From: Thermodesulfobacteriota bacterium
Lineage (GTDB): Bacteria; Desulfobacterota; Binatia; Bin18
DNA length: 64,000 nt
Assembly: GCA_964291405.2 (NCBI GenBank)
Contig: OZ219926.1
Span: 2,144,001-2,208,000 of the forward strand
Direction: 5' to 3'
Below the pieces are notes generated by a model. It was not told the origin of the DNA and searched no databases. It saw only the letters and a program-made list of their open reading frames with translations. Below are positions 46,012 to 55,700 of this stretch, piece by piece; positions within the stretch are counted from its first letter, which is position 1; each line of letters begins with the position of its first letter. A program made the translations under genes and the position numbers.

Positions 46012-47385
46012 ATGGAACTGACCTCGTTTTCGGCTACAACGCTGGCTCGATTTATTCGGACAAATCTCGTCTCTTCGGTTGCCGTGGTGGATGCACATCT
46101 GGCCCGCCTCGAAGCAGCCAATCCAAAGCTCAACGCCGTGGTGCAGCTTCAGGCCGAAGCAGCGCGGCGACAGGCTCGTGCAGCCGACGAAGCCGTCTCG
46201 CGGGGAGAACGCTTCGGCCCACTGCACGGTGTCCCCATCACGCTCAAGGATTCGTTAGACACCGCCGGCATGGTCAGTACCTGGGGGACAACGGGCCGAG
46301 CCGCCTTTACCCCCGAGCACGATGCCACAGTGGTGGCGCGTTTGCGTACCGCGGGAGCTATCATCCTGGGAAAAACAAATACGCCGGAGTTCACCCTGGC
46401 GGGGATTACGGATAACGATGTCTATGGCCGGACAAACAATCCGTATGATGTGGAGCGGTCGCCCGCGGGCAGTAGTGGGGGGGCTGGGGCGATTCTTGCG
46501 GCGGGCGGCTCGGCGCTCGACCTGGGGAGCGATACGGGCGGCAGCATTCGTATGCCATCCCACTATTGCGGTATTGCCGGTATCAAACCCACCTCGGGCC
46601 GCGTGCCCCGCACCGGGCACGCCATTTCGTTTGATGTCGGCGCCCTGGATGCCTTCACCCAGATTGGCCCTATGGCGCGACATGTCGAAGACCTGAGCCT
46701 GACCTTATCCATTATTGCCGGTCCGGATGGGCACGACCCGGCGGTTGTGCCAGCCCCGTTGGGAGACCCCCAAGACGTGAGCGTGAAGGATCTACGGGTC
46801 GCCTTCTTCACGGACAACGGGATCAAATCCCCGAGCCCGGACACCGCCAGCACCGTCCGGGCTGCGGTCAATGTGCTCGCCGATCATGGCGTCTCGGTCA
46901 CAGAAAATCGGCCGCAGTGTGTGAGCGACGCAGAGCGACTGTGGTACAGTCTCTATCTTGCGGATGGAGGAGCCTGGATACGTCGGCTCATCCACGCAGC
47001 CGGGACTGAGCGCATGTCTTCCGCCTTGGATTGGATGCAAACGGCTCAGCCTGTATCACTCACGGAGTTCACCCAGGAAATGAGCAGGTGGAATGTCTAC
47101 CGGAGTGAAATGCTGGCGTTTATGGAGCCCTACGATGTGCTGCTGTGTCCTGTCAGCGCCACACCCGCCACGCGCCATGACGATCCCGACGGCCCGGATT
47201 TTACCTACACCTTCGCCCACAATCTGACCGGCTGGCCGGGCGCGGTCGTGCGCTGTGGAATGTCTGCCGAGGGGCTGCCGATTGGGGTCCAGATCGTCGC
47301 CCATCCCTGGCGTGAGGATGTCGCCCTGGCCGTCGCCCAGTATCTGGAGACGAATCTTGGCGGTTGGCAAAGCCCGTCCCTCTAG
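46012..47385 (+). CDS. Amidase-signature family amidase
   Basis: LHGVPITLKD, GKTNTPEF, SPAGSSGG, LGSDTGGSIRMP and GLPIGVQIV motifs. Confidence 0.95.
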   Translation: MELTSFSATTLARFIRTNLVSSVAVVDAHLARLEAANPKLNAVVQLQAEAARRQARAADEAVSRGERFGPLHGVPITLKDSLDTAGMVSTWGTTGRAAFTPEHDATVVARLRTAGAIILGKTNTPEFTLAGITDNDVYGRTNNPYDVERSPAGSSGGAGAILAAGGSALDLGSDTGGSIRMPSHYCGIAGIKPTSGRVPRTGHAISFDVGALDAFTQIGPMARHVEDLSLTLSIIAGPDGHDPAVVPAPLGDPQDVSVKDLRVAFFTDNGIKSPSPDTASTVRAAVNVLADHGVSVTENRPQCVSDAERLWYSLYLADGGAWIRRLIHAAGTERMSSALDWMQTAQPVSLTEFTQEMSRWNVYRSEMLAFMEPYDVLLCPVSATPATRHDDPDGPDFTYTFAHNLTGWPGAVVRCGMSAEGLPIGVQIVAHPWREDVALAVAQYLETNLGGWQSPSL

Positions 47386-47528
47386 CGTCGGGTTTGACTG
47401 TTAGGCTGGCGGGGAGCCTCAACGCTCCTGCTCGCTCCCCCCAAACACCAGCCGTCCGGCTGCCTCCTGTGCCTGGATACGAGCTACAACCTCAGCAGGG
47501 ATCTGGAGCGGGCGCTCCTCGGGAAATT
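47296..47528 (+). repeat. Direct repeat, copy 1 (amidase 3' end + intergenic + DUF1329-like 3' end)
   Basis: Ungapped alignment to 63768-64000 (offset 16472 bp), roughly 85-90% identity by eye. Confidence 0.9.
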
Positions 47529-48762
47529 TCTCTTCCTCTAAGGTAGGTCGTAAGAAAAAGAGTTCGGGGAAAGGCACTTGGGCTTGGGTCTTGACGGAAG
47601 TATCAAGGGCCCACTGTCGGCGCATAAAATCCGGGCTAAAGAACAGTGCGACCTCCTGAGGATTCCAGGCGGTTACCCGGTGACTGTCGTTCACAAAATA
47701 TGTCATCAGGTCATCTGCAACAGCCCAGAACAGGGTAATCAGCGAGCCATATCCCTGCTCTCCCAAATCTGGATTAAAAATCTCAGCCAGTCTCACCTCG
47801 ATGAGGATGAGCTTCCCGGCGGGACTATATTGCTCAGTACGCAGGGGGAAAAAAGAGTGTTCCTCCAGCCAAAACAGGAGTCGCGGGGCATAGTAATTGG
47901 GCAACCATTCGGGACGAGCCCGAGCCTCTACAACATAGCACCTGACCCCGCCCTCGGTCGTATAATATCGATAGCTGTCTCCCATCAGCTTGAGCTCAGC
48001 CGTCTGCCGCTCTTGAAACTGACCGGTCTCTCCATTCCGCAACATGATGGTGGGTCGCGTCTTGGGAAAGCGCACGGTTTGGTGTAGGGTATCCAGACCC
48101 AGTATCCGCCAAGAAAACTCCCAGGCGTCGCGTCCATAACTGTCGTCCGGCGTGACCGCCATGTTGGGGACCTTCCCCTGTCGGCGGCGGGGCGCGTCAT
48201 GACGCACCCGGCGCGTGGTCGGTGAGTACCGAAACCGTTCTTCCTTCTTGATGAATTCTTTATCCGTGCGATAGCGAATCGAGAGTCGTTGCGAACCTTC
48301 TGCAGCTGGGGGGGCAGTGCTCTGGCTGAGAGCGCGGTAGAGTTCTTCGCCAGGCTTGAGGGCGAGTTCCGCTTCCACACCAGTCGCACTTGAGTTATAG
48401 GCCAGAAAATTGATCGCGCTACCCGGGTTGAGGAGCACGCCCTGGGTGGAAATCGACGACCACGCCCTGGCAAACACGGCCGACCAACGCGGCCGTGCGG
48501 TGAACTCCATGACCCGATAACCCATCTCCTCAGCCGTATAGGGCGGTGTAAAAGGATAGGGCTCAGCCGGCAGATACGGAACCTGTGGATGGCGGGGAGT
48601 GTCAACCGCAAGGTCCAGCTGCTGACGTTCCTGTGGAGAGAGGTCGGCGACCGTTTTCCAGGTACGGTTCCGGGAGTTGTTCGTCTCTTCAGCAGCAGAG
48701 AGACCAGCCTCAAGAGTCAGGATGAGTGCCGAAAGCAACCAGAAGAACAGGCGCGAGACCAT
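47419..48762 (-). CDS. Exported protein, DUF1329/outer-membrane lipoprotein-sorting-like
   Basis: Signal peptide; YSPTTRRVR, TPDDSYGRDAWEFSWRILG, CYVVEA and EQYSPAGKL resemble DUF1329-type proteins. Confidence 0.55.
   Translation of the reverse strand: MVSRLFFWLLSALILTLEAGLSAAEETNNSRNRTWKTVADLSPQERQQLDLAVDTPRHPQVPYLPAEPYPFTPPYTAEEMGYRVMEFTARPRWSAVFARAWSSISTQGVLLNPGSAINFLAYNSSATGVEAELALKPGEELYRALSQSTAPPAAEGSQRLSIRYRTDKEFIKKEERFRYSPTTRRVRHDAPRRRQGKVPNMAVTPDDSYGRDAWEFSWRILGLDTLHQTVRFPKTRPTIMLRNGETGQFQERQTAELKLMGDSYRYYTTEGGVRCYVVEARARPEWLPNYYAPRLLFWLEEHSFFPLRTEQYSPAGKLILIEVRLAEIFNPDLGEQGYGSLITLFWAVADDLMTYFVNDSHRVTAWNPQEVALFFSPDFMRRQWALDTSVKTQAQVPFPELFFLRPTLEEEKFPEERPLQIPAEVVARIQAQEAAGRLVFGGSEQER
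48552..48637 (+). repeat. Repeat segment (DUF1329-like gene 5' part), copy 1
   Basis: 86-bp ungapped match to 63681-63766 with about 9 mismatches. Confidence 0.9.
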
Positions 48763-48834
48763 GGGGGGCAATTAACCATATAGCGAGTGAGTTGCCTAGC
48801 CTTTTGTGATATTGGCGGCGGGGAGCGGTTCAGT

Positions 48835-48864
48835 TTGACGCAACCTCGGAACATCGGGTACACT
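48835..48864 (+). promoter_or_regulatory. Putative sigma70 promoter for permease gene
   Basis: TTGACG-N18-TACACT upstream of SD GGGAGG and TTG start at 48934. Confidence 0.45.
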
Positions 48865-48933
48865 CACCGTCGCTCACTGTGGCAGAAAGCAGAAACAGCG
48901 ACAAAGCAGGCAAGCCTACTTGGGAGGTTCCGC

Positions 48934-50682
48934 TTGGCATCAGCCCCCTTAAACGAACACATCCGCTACGAGCCGGACGAGAAGTGCCCGCCACTATCGT
49001 CCTTCGTCGTCGGCATACAGGGCATAATGCTCATGCTCCCACCCACGATTTCGGTAGTGGTCGTTACCGTTCTGGCGGCCGGTCAGGGCGAAGAGTATCT
49101 CATGGGGGCGATGTTCGCCGTGCTGATAATCGTAGGGATAGTCACCGCGCTGCAAGCCTCCAGGATAGGTCGACTGGGCGCCGGGCACCTGGTCGTTACG
49201 GGAGTTACGCCCAACTACATCCCGTTAGCGGTACTTGCCCTGGATGAGGGCGGACCGGCCATGTTGGCGAGCCTAATGGTCGTTTCCGCGCTCTTTTTCT
49301 TTGCGGTGGCGACATGGCTTCCGCAATTACGGCGCGTGATTACGCCGACCGTGTCAGGTACGGTCCTGATGCTGATAGCCGTGATTACGCTACCGTTCTG
49401 TTTGGATCGATTCAACGAAGTACCGGAGGGCGCGCCGGCATTCGCCGGGCCGTGCGTGGCTGCGGTAACGCTGATTGTATCCACGGCGCTAGTGCTGCGC
49501 GCGCCGCGGCGCTGGCGTCCGTGGTCCATGCTGATCGGATTCGTTTCCGGCTGTGTTGCTGCCGGGCTGTTGGGAGTGTATGACCTGGAACGGCTGTCCA
49601 CCGCACCGTGGATCGGCATTCCCCAAGTCGGTTTTCAAGGGCTGGACCTGACACCGAGTGCCGGGTTCTGGGCACTGCTGCCGATGTTCCTGATTGTCAC
49701 CCTCGTGCAGGCGATCAAGGGCATTGGTGATAATGTGGTGATTCAACGGGTGTCGCGGCGCAGACCAAGAGCGACCGATTTTCGACTGCTTCAGAGCTCG
49801 ATTTACGCGAATGGGTTAGGCATTCTGCTCTCGGGTCTTGCGGGAACGCCGCCTGCATCGTCCTATTCGTCATTCACGACATCGGTCGTGAACATGACGG
49901 GGGTCGCCGCCCGCAATGTTGGGTACGCCATAGCGGTCATCCTCCTGGGACTGGCATTGCTGCCAAAATTAACGGGGGCCCTGCTCACCATACCCAGCCC
50001 AGTGGTGGGCGCATTCCTCTTGACCGCGCTAGGTATATTTTTTGTCGAGGGATTACAGACTATCGTGCGGGACGGACTCGACCTTCAAAAGTCCCTTGTG
50101 GTCGGCCTGTCGTTCGCGATTGGTGCCGGGCTACAACAACAGAACATTCTTGAGGGTTTGTTGGGGCATCCGTGGGGCGTGCTGCTTGGGAATGGCATAA
50201 CAGCTGGCGCGGTAACGGCAATGGCGCTTACCGTCTTCCTGAATATGACCGGTGCGCGTCCCAAGCGGCTGGAGACTCAGCTGGACTTTTCCGACCTGCC
50301 ACGAATTGACGCCTTCATGCAGGAAGTCGCAGCCGATATGGGCTGGAGCGATGCAGCGACCCAGCGTCTGCGTTCGGCGGGCGAAGAGACGCTGTCGAGC
50401 CTGTTACAGCCGGGTAACGAATACCCCGCGGACATGGGGGCTGACAAGACGCCGCGCCTGATCATAGTCGCGCGTCCCGAGGGCGGAGCGGTGGAGATGG
50501 AATTCGTCTCGGCGCTGGAGGGCGAGGAGAACCTGGAGGACCGTCTGGCGTATCTGAACGACGAGGACGAAAGCGTGGACGAGAGGGAAATGTCGTTCCG
50601 CCTGCTGCGTCATTATGCCGCATCGGTGCGCCACCAGAAGTATCATGGGATGGACATCGTGACGGTACGGGCCGAAGCCTAA
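48934..50682 (+). CDS. supE: SupE-like NCS2 (xanthine/uracil-type) permease fused to a degenerate RsbW-like HATPase domain
   Basis: IRYEPDEKCP, TALQASRIGRLGAG, ITPTVSGTVLMLI and IPSPVVG NCS2 motifs; ~140-aa soluble C-terminus resembles HATPase_c_2; lies next to the supA-D genes. Confidence 0.8.
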   Translation: MASAPLNEHIRYEPDEKCPPLSSFVVGIQGIMLMLPPTISVVVVTVLAAGQGEEYLMGAMFAVLIIVGIVTALQASRIGRLGAGHLVVTGVTPNYIPLAVLALDEGGPAMLASLMVVSALFFFAVATWLPQLRRVITPTVSGTVLMLIAVITLPFCLDRFNEVPEGAPAFAGPCVAAVTLIVSTALVLRAPRRWRPWSMLIGFVSGCVAAGLLGVYDLERLSTAPWIGIPQVGFQGLDLTPSAGFWALLPMFLIVTLVQAIKGIGDNVVIQRVSRRRPRATDFRLLQSSIYANGLGILLSGLAGTPPASSYSSFTTSVVNMTGVAARNVGYAIAVILLGLALLPKLTGALLTIPSPVVGAFLLTALGIFFVEGLQTIVRDGLDLQKSLVVGLSFAIGAGLQQQNILEGLLGHPWGVLLGNGITAGAVTAMALTVFLNMTGARPKRLETQLDFSDLPRIDAFMQEVAADMGWSDAATQRLRSAGEETLSSLLQPGNEYPADMGADKTPRLIIVARPEGGAVEMEFVSALEGEENLEDRLAYLNDEDESVDEREMSFRLLRHYAASVRHQKYHGMDIVTVRAEA

Positions 50683-50724
50683 GGGCGGCTTGGATTGGCG
50701 AGCCACCTCAAGGGATGGGTCGAA

Positions 50725-51630
50725 TTAGCCGGCGATAATCGGCTCGATGAACTCCAGCATTGTCTTGACGCACTCCTGTGGCTGTTCCAAAAGAAGAAAG
50801 TGCGTCGCGTCAGGCAAGAAGTCATAATCTACAGTGAAGACATCGCTCAGGTCGAGCGACGGCAAGTATGAGAATGGCAAGGTCGGGTCAGCCCCGATGA
50901 CTTTCGTCGGACACAGAAGCGACTGAAAGTCCACGAGCACGGCAAAGGGAGTGGCGTAGTCTATGATCTGCGCCTCATACTCAGGAGGGCAGCGCAGTTC
51001 ATACCCCTCTCCGTTCGCCCGCTCACGCAGGGTTGTTCTGGAAAACAGATCGAATACCCCCGGCACCGTGCGCTGGAAGTGTGGTGCGTGGGTAAGAAGC
51101 TCCGCCATTTGTTGCGGGGTTTGAAAGCGATTCGTGCGTCGGCGGGTCATTTTGGCCAGGCGGATTGCTATATCTTCAAAATCCTTATAGCTCCGGCCGG
51201 GCTTGCATAGCGGCGGGTCGAACAGAACGCGCGCAGCAAAGTTGCTGCCCTTGTTGGGTGACAGCAGCGTCGCCAGAGCCGAAATCGAGTGGAATACACC
51301 TATTTGGGTCTTCGTCCCATAGTGACGGTCGATAGCCTCAAGAACCGTGTCGTGGTCCTGCACTAATGTTGGAACATTATGGTTTCGGAGATTGCTGACG
51401 GTATTCCAGCCATGATTTCTGAGGTCGTAGAGTATCAGGTCGAAATCGTCGGTCAGGAGCGACCAGAAAGGGTAATACAGGTCGATTGCAAGACCGTTGC
51501 CGTGGTTCAGAACGAGCCGCGGGCCGGACGGATTTCCGTGTTGCCGCAGCGTAATGACGGTGTCGTCGTCCACGCGCACATCGTGAGTGGAAAGCGGCGC
51601 GGGCAACTCCCATACGGTTTGTGAAGTCAT
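50725..51630 (-). CDS. supD: SupD-like alpha/beta hydrolase (candidate thioesterase); alternative start 51645
   Basis: HGNG oxyanion motif, YDLRNHG, nucleophile elbow VFHSIS and C-terminal THF His. Confidence 0.82.
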   Translation of the reverse strand: MTSQTVWELPAPLSTHDVRVDDDTVITLRQHGNPSGPRLVLNHGNGLAIDLYYPFWSLLTDDFDLILYDLRNHGWNTVSNLRNHNVPTLVQDHDTVLEAIDRHYGTKTQIGVFHSISALATLLSPNKGSNFAARVLFDPPLCKPGRSYKDFEDIAIRLAKMTRRRTNRFQTPQQMAELLTHAPHFQRTVPGVFDLFSRTTLRERANGEGYELRCPPEYEAQIIDYATPFAVLVDFQSLLCPTKVIGADPTLPFSYLPSLDLSDVFTVDYDFLPDATHFLLLEQPQECVKTMLEFIEPIIAG

Positions 51631-51674
51631 TGACAAATCCCTCATCTTTCTGGCGGGTTACCGTTCAGCCTACG

Positions 51675-52400
51675 TCATTCCTGATCGTCGAATTGGGACG
51701 GGAGGAACTCGTGTGCGATGGCTGCGGAGAACTCCTCGTTGCCAATGTATTCAACGCGCCAACGCACTTCCGGCAGTTGTGGGAAGCGAAATAGGCTCAT
51801 CCTCCCCTGACGCAAGGCTGATGGCACTTCAAACTGGGATACGTCAAAGGAAAATCCCGTTCCAAGAGCCTTGATCAGCGCTTCCTTGATGGTCCAGAGT
51901 CTGAAGAAGGGTTGAACCTTATCGCATCCACGCGCGAATGCAATGATGGACTGTTCATGAGGACCAAACACGGCTTCACTCAGCTCGTCAAAATCCCTGC
52001 GGGCAACGCGCTCCTCCACATCCACGCCCAGCCGTCCCTGGGGAGCAAATGCTATCAAGCCATGCTGGCCGCTGTGACTGAGGTTGAAGCTGATGGTAGC
52101 CGGCACATTGTCCACTAATGCAAACGGCTTTCCATAGGAGGATGAACCAAAGGTAAGGCGTTCATTGCTGCAACCGAGTTGGCGGCAGAGGACGGCCCGA
52201 AGCGCCGCACGACACAGGGCAAACCTGCGACGAGAGCCCGGGAGCGGATATTGACGCCAGCGCGCCCGTTCTTCCTCCTTCAGCCACAACAAGGATGACG
52301 CCTCACGGCTGGCATGAGGCGTCAGATCTACGTGTATAACCGTAGCGGAACCGACTTCGCGGAAGAACCTCCACCAGCACCTTGCAGCGGAAGCGGACAT
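51675..52400 (-). CDS. supC: SupC-like Sfp-type 4'-phosphopantetheinyl transferase
   Basis: YGKP, FNLSHS, LGVDVE and FRLWTIKEALIKALGTG motifs. Confidence 0.9.
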   Translation of the reverse strand: MSASAARCWWRFFREVGSATVIHVDLTPHASREASSLLWLKEEERARWRQYPLPGSRRRFALCRAALRAVLCRQLGCSNERLTFGSSSYGKPFALVDNVPATISFNLSHSGQHGLIAFAPQGRLGVDVEERVARRDFDELSEAVFGPHEQSIIAFARGCDKVQPFFRLWTIKEALIKALGTGFSFDVSQFEVPSALRQGRMSLFRFPQLPEVRWRVEYIGNEEFSAAIAHEFLPSQFDDQE

Positions 52401-52432
52401 CAAAATGCCAGTTACCCCCGCAAGGGTAAGTG

Positions 52433-52675
52433 TTAAGAGGCGTTAGCTTCCAGGTACGTTATCAAGTCCCTGAAGCTCTTTATCTCCGCGCCCTTTTCAT
52501 CGGTGAATGGCGGGACGTTAAACTCGCGCGCGACTACCTTGCCAAAGGCAATGATATCCAGAGAGGAAAGACCCAGGTCAAAAAGATTCTTGCTCGGATC
52601 CAGATTTAGTGGCTTCCCATCCACTTCCAAGTTTTCGTCCGCGAGTTGTCTCAGGCGCTCTTCAATTGAAGCCAT
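52433..52675 (-). CDS. supB: SupB-like free-standing acyl carrier protein
   Basis: 80 aa, acidic, LFDLGLSSLD phosphopantetheinylation motif; SD GGAGGA. Confidence 0.88.
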   Translation of the reverse strand: MASIEERLRQLADENLEVDGKPLNLDPSKNLFDLGLSSLDIIAFGKVVAREFNVPPFTDEKGAEIKSFRDLITYLEANAS

Positions 52676-52779
52676 AATAGTCCTCCATTCGAGAGTTTAG
52701 AATAATACAGTCGGTATCAATAATAGGTGCTCACGTCAATCAAAATTCCTAAAGCTTGCTGCATGACACAGCGTCTCAA

Positions 52780-55700
52780 TTACACCCAGTGACGCCTGCG
52801 CTGGAACGGATAGCTCGGCAGCGAGATGCGGCGGCGCGACTCCCCGGCAAACATGCCGTCAAAGGCAGGCGTCAGCCCCGCCTCGTATGCTCCCGCAACC
52901 GCCTCCACAAACCCAGTTCCACCCTCTGAATCCGCGTCGGATGGTTGCATCAGACTCGTAAGCACCAGCGGCACGCGGGCAGCTTCTTCTCCGTCCGCTG
53001 AGTCCGGCCATTCAAGACTCACCCGCGGCCCTAAGACCGCGTTGGGGCCAATCTCTACCACTGTATCCACTCCCAGCTCGGCAAGCGTGCGGACACACGC
53101 GCTGAACGCCTCAGTCTCGCGCGCCTGCGCGCGCCAGTACGCCCCGTCGAGTGGACTGTCCGCATCCACAACTCGCCCCGTGATACCGCTCACCAGAGTC
53201 AGGGACGGCGGCGAGAGCGTAACATCTGTGAATGCTGCTTCCAGACCGTTCAGGGACTGGTTCGGGTCCACTCCCGGCAGCGCCGCCATCAGCGTGCCGC
53301 GCGTCAAGGTGAAGCGCAATCCGTCCTCTAAGGTGAAGACTCCCGCCGCCCGTGCCGCGGCAATCTCGCCCGTACCGGATCCCAGCGCGATATCCGGGCG
53401 GAGCCCAACGCTCGCCCACAGCGCCGTCAGCGCACACTCCAGCGCATAGAGAGCCGGCTGCGTCCAAGCCGCGGCATGCAAATCACCCGTGGCTTCGGTG
53501 CGTCCGAACATCACATCCAGTAGCGACTCTCCCCTCTCTGCACACACCACGGCGTCGCAGCGATCCAGAACGGAGCGCACTACCGGCTCGCGGTCGTACA
53601 AAGCTTCGCCCATGCCAACCCACTGGCTGCCATCATCTGTGTACACGAAGGCAACTCTCGTCGCAGATCGTGGCTCCGGCTTATCGGCCGCACCGTCGGC
53701 TTCCGTCAGTTTCGTCAGCCCCTTCCGCAGAGACTGCACGTCCCGGAACACCACAGCGGCGCGATGGTCGAAATGGCTACGTCCAACACCCGCCGTCCAC
53801 GCCATATCAGCAAGGGCAGGCGCTTCAGGCGACGACTCAGCAACGCGCTCGTCGAGCCACGACAGGTACTGCTTCGCCAAGTCCCGAAGTGCGCCATCCG
53901 TTTTGCCCGACAGTGGCAGAAAGCGCACTGCGCGCTCCGTTAGTCCGTCCATAGCCATCGGCAGGTGCGCAACCGGCTCAGGCAGGGAAGCGGGCACCTG
54001 CCGCGGGACACTCGCAAACGATTGTATTCCAACGCTTGTGCCGTAATCGTCTGCCGCGCCTCTGTAGCCTTCCATCACAATATGCGCGTTTGTGCCGGAA
54101 ATACCGAACGCGCTCACTGCCGCGCGCGGCGGTCTGTCGGGATAAAACGGCCAGTCGGTCTTTTCGGAAGTCACCCGCACGGGCAGTCGGTCCCACTCGA
54201 TTTGTGGATTCGGATTCTCGAAGTGCAGATGTTCCGGAATGACGCCCTGCTTCATGGCAAGCACGGTCTTTATCAGACCGGCAACGCCTGCTGCCGCCTC
54301 CAGATGTCCGATGTGCGACTTTACCGTGCCCATCAGCAGCGGGCGGTCGGCTTCGCGCCCTCTGCCATACACCGAACCTACTGCGTAGACTTCAATCGCA
54401 TCCCCCAATTGGGAGCCTGTAGCGTGCGCTTCGAGATAGTCGACGTCCGCCCCCGTGAAGCCCGTCCGAGCAAGCGCAGCCTCCATGACACGCTCCTTCG
54501 CCGGACCGTTCGGGATAATCAGTCCCGCGCTCGCCCCGTTCTGGTTGACGGCGGAACCCTTGATAATACCCCAGATACGGTCGCCATCAGCCTCCGCCTC
54601 GCTCAACCGTTTCAAAACGACTATTCCACAGCCCTCGCCGCGCACATAGCCGTCCGCAGACGCATCGAAGGGACTGCACTGTCCCCTCGGCGACAACATC
54701 CCGACCTCCATCATGAACCTGGAAACCGCGGGTGAAAGCACCGCCTGCACGCCTCCGGCGAGGGCCAAGTCTACCTCGTCCCGCTGTAGCCCTGCGACGG
54801 CTTGATGGACCGCAGCCAACGACGATGCGCACGCCATGTCTATGGCCATTGCCGGGCCTTCCAGACCCAGAGCGAATGCGACCCGTCCTGCGGTGACGCT
54901 TGCGGTTGTGCCGAGGTAGCTGTCTGCCTTGCCACTTCCTTCGATCAAGTCTCGGTATTCGCTACCGCCGACTCCGGCGTACACTCCGGTGCGGCTGCCC
55001 CGCAGCCCTTCGGGGTCGATGCCCGCGTCTTCAAGAGCCTGCCAACTCGTTTCCAGCATCATCCGCTGTCGCGGATCCATCAAGCGCGCTTCTATCGGCG
55101 CAATGCGGAAGAAGCGCGAGTCGAACCACTCTATGCCTTCAACGAACGCGCCGTGTAGATGGGCCGCATCCTCTCCATCCGGGTCTCCAGCAGCACTGCT
55201 CCACGAACCGCCGTCCGGGCGCCCGTTGGTAATCGCAGCGGTGCCTGATTCCAACAGATGCCAGTATTCGGAAAGGTCCTTTGCTTGAGGGAAACGGCAA
55301 GACATGCCGACTATTGCTATGTCGTCATCCTCGGTGGCGACCGGCGCGCGTGGTTCAGGAACGGTTATCTCTGGCGCTGACGTAGCCCCACCGCTCGCGC
55401 CAAGTTGATCGAGTTCGTCCGCCAGATGGCGGGCGAGCGCCGTGATGTCCGGGTAGTCGAAAATAGCCGTGTTGGAGACGACATACTCGCCGGCGAATGC
55501 ACGATTAAGCCGGTTTCTCAGTTCCACCGCCATGAGCGAGTCCATTCCCAGATCGAAGAAGCCAACCGAGGGCGAGGGCAAGGGCGTACTGGGCAGCCTC
55601 ATCACCGCTTGCAGTTCCTTTTGCAGGAACGACACCAAGATGTCCTCTGAATCGGTTCGCTGCGAGACTCGCAGTTGCGACAACAGGTCTTCTGAGGGAT

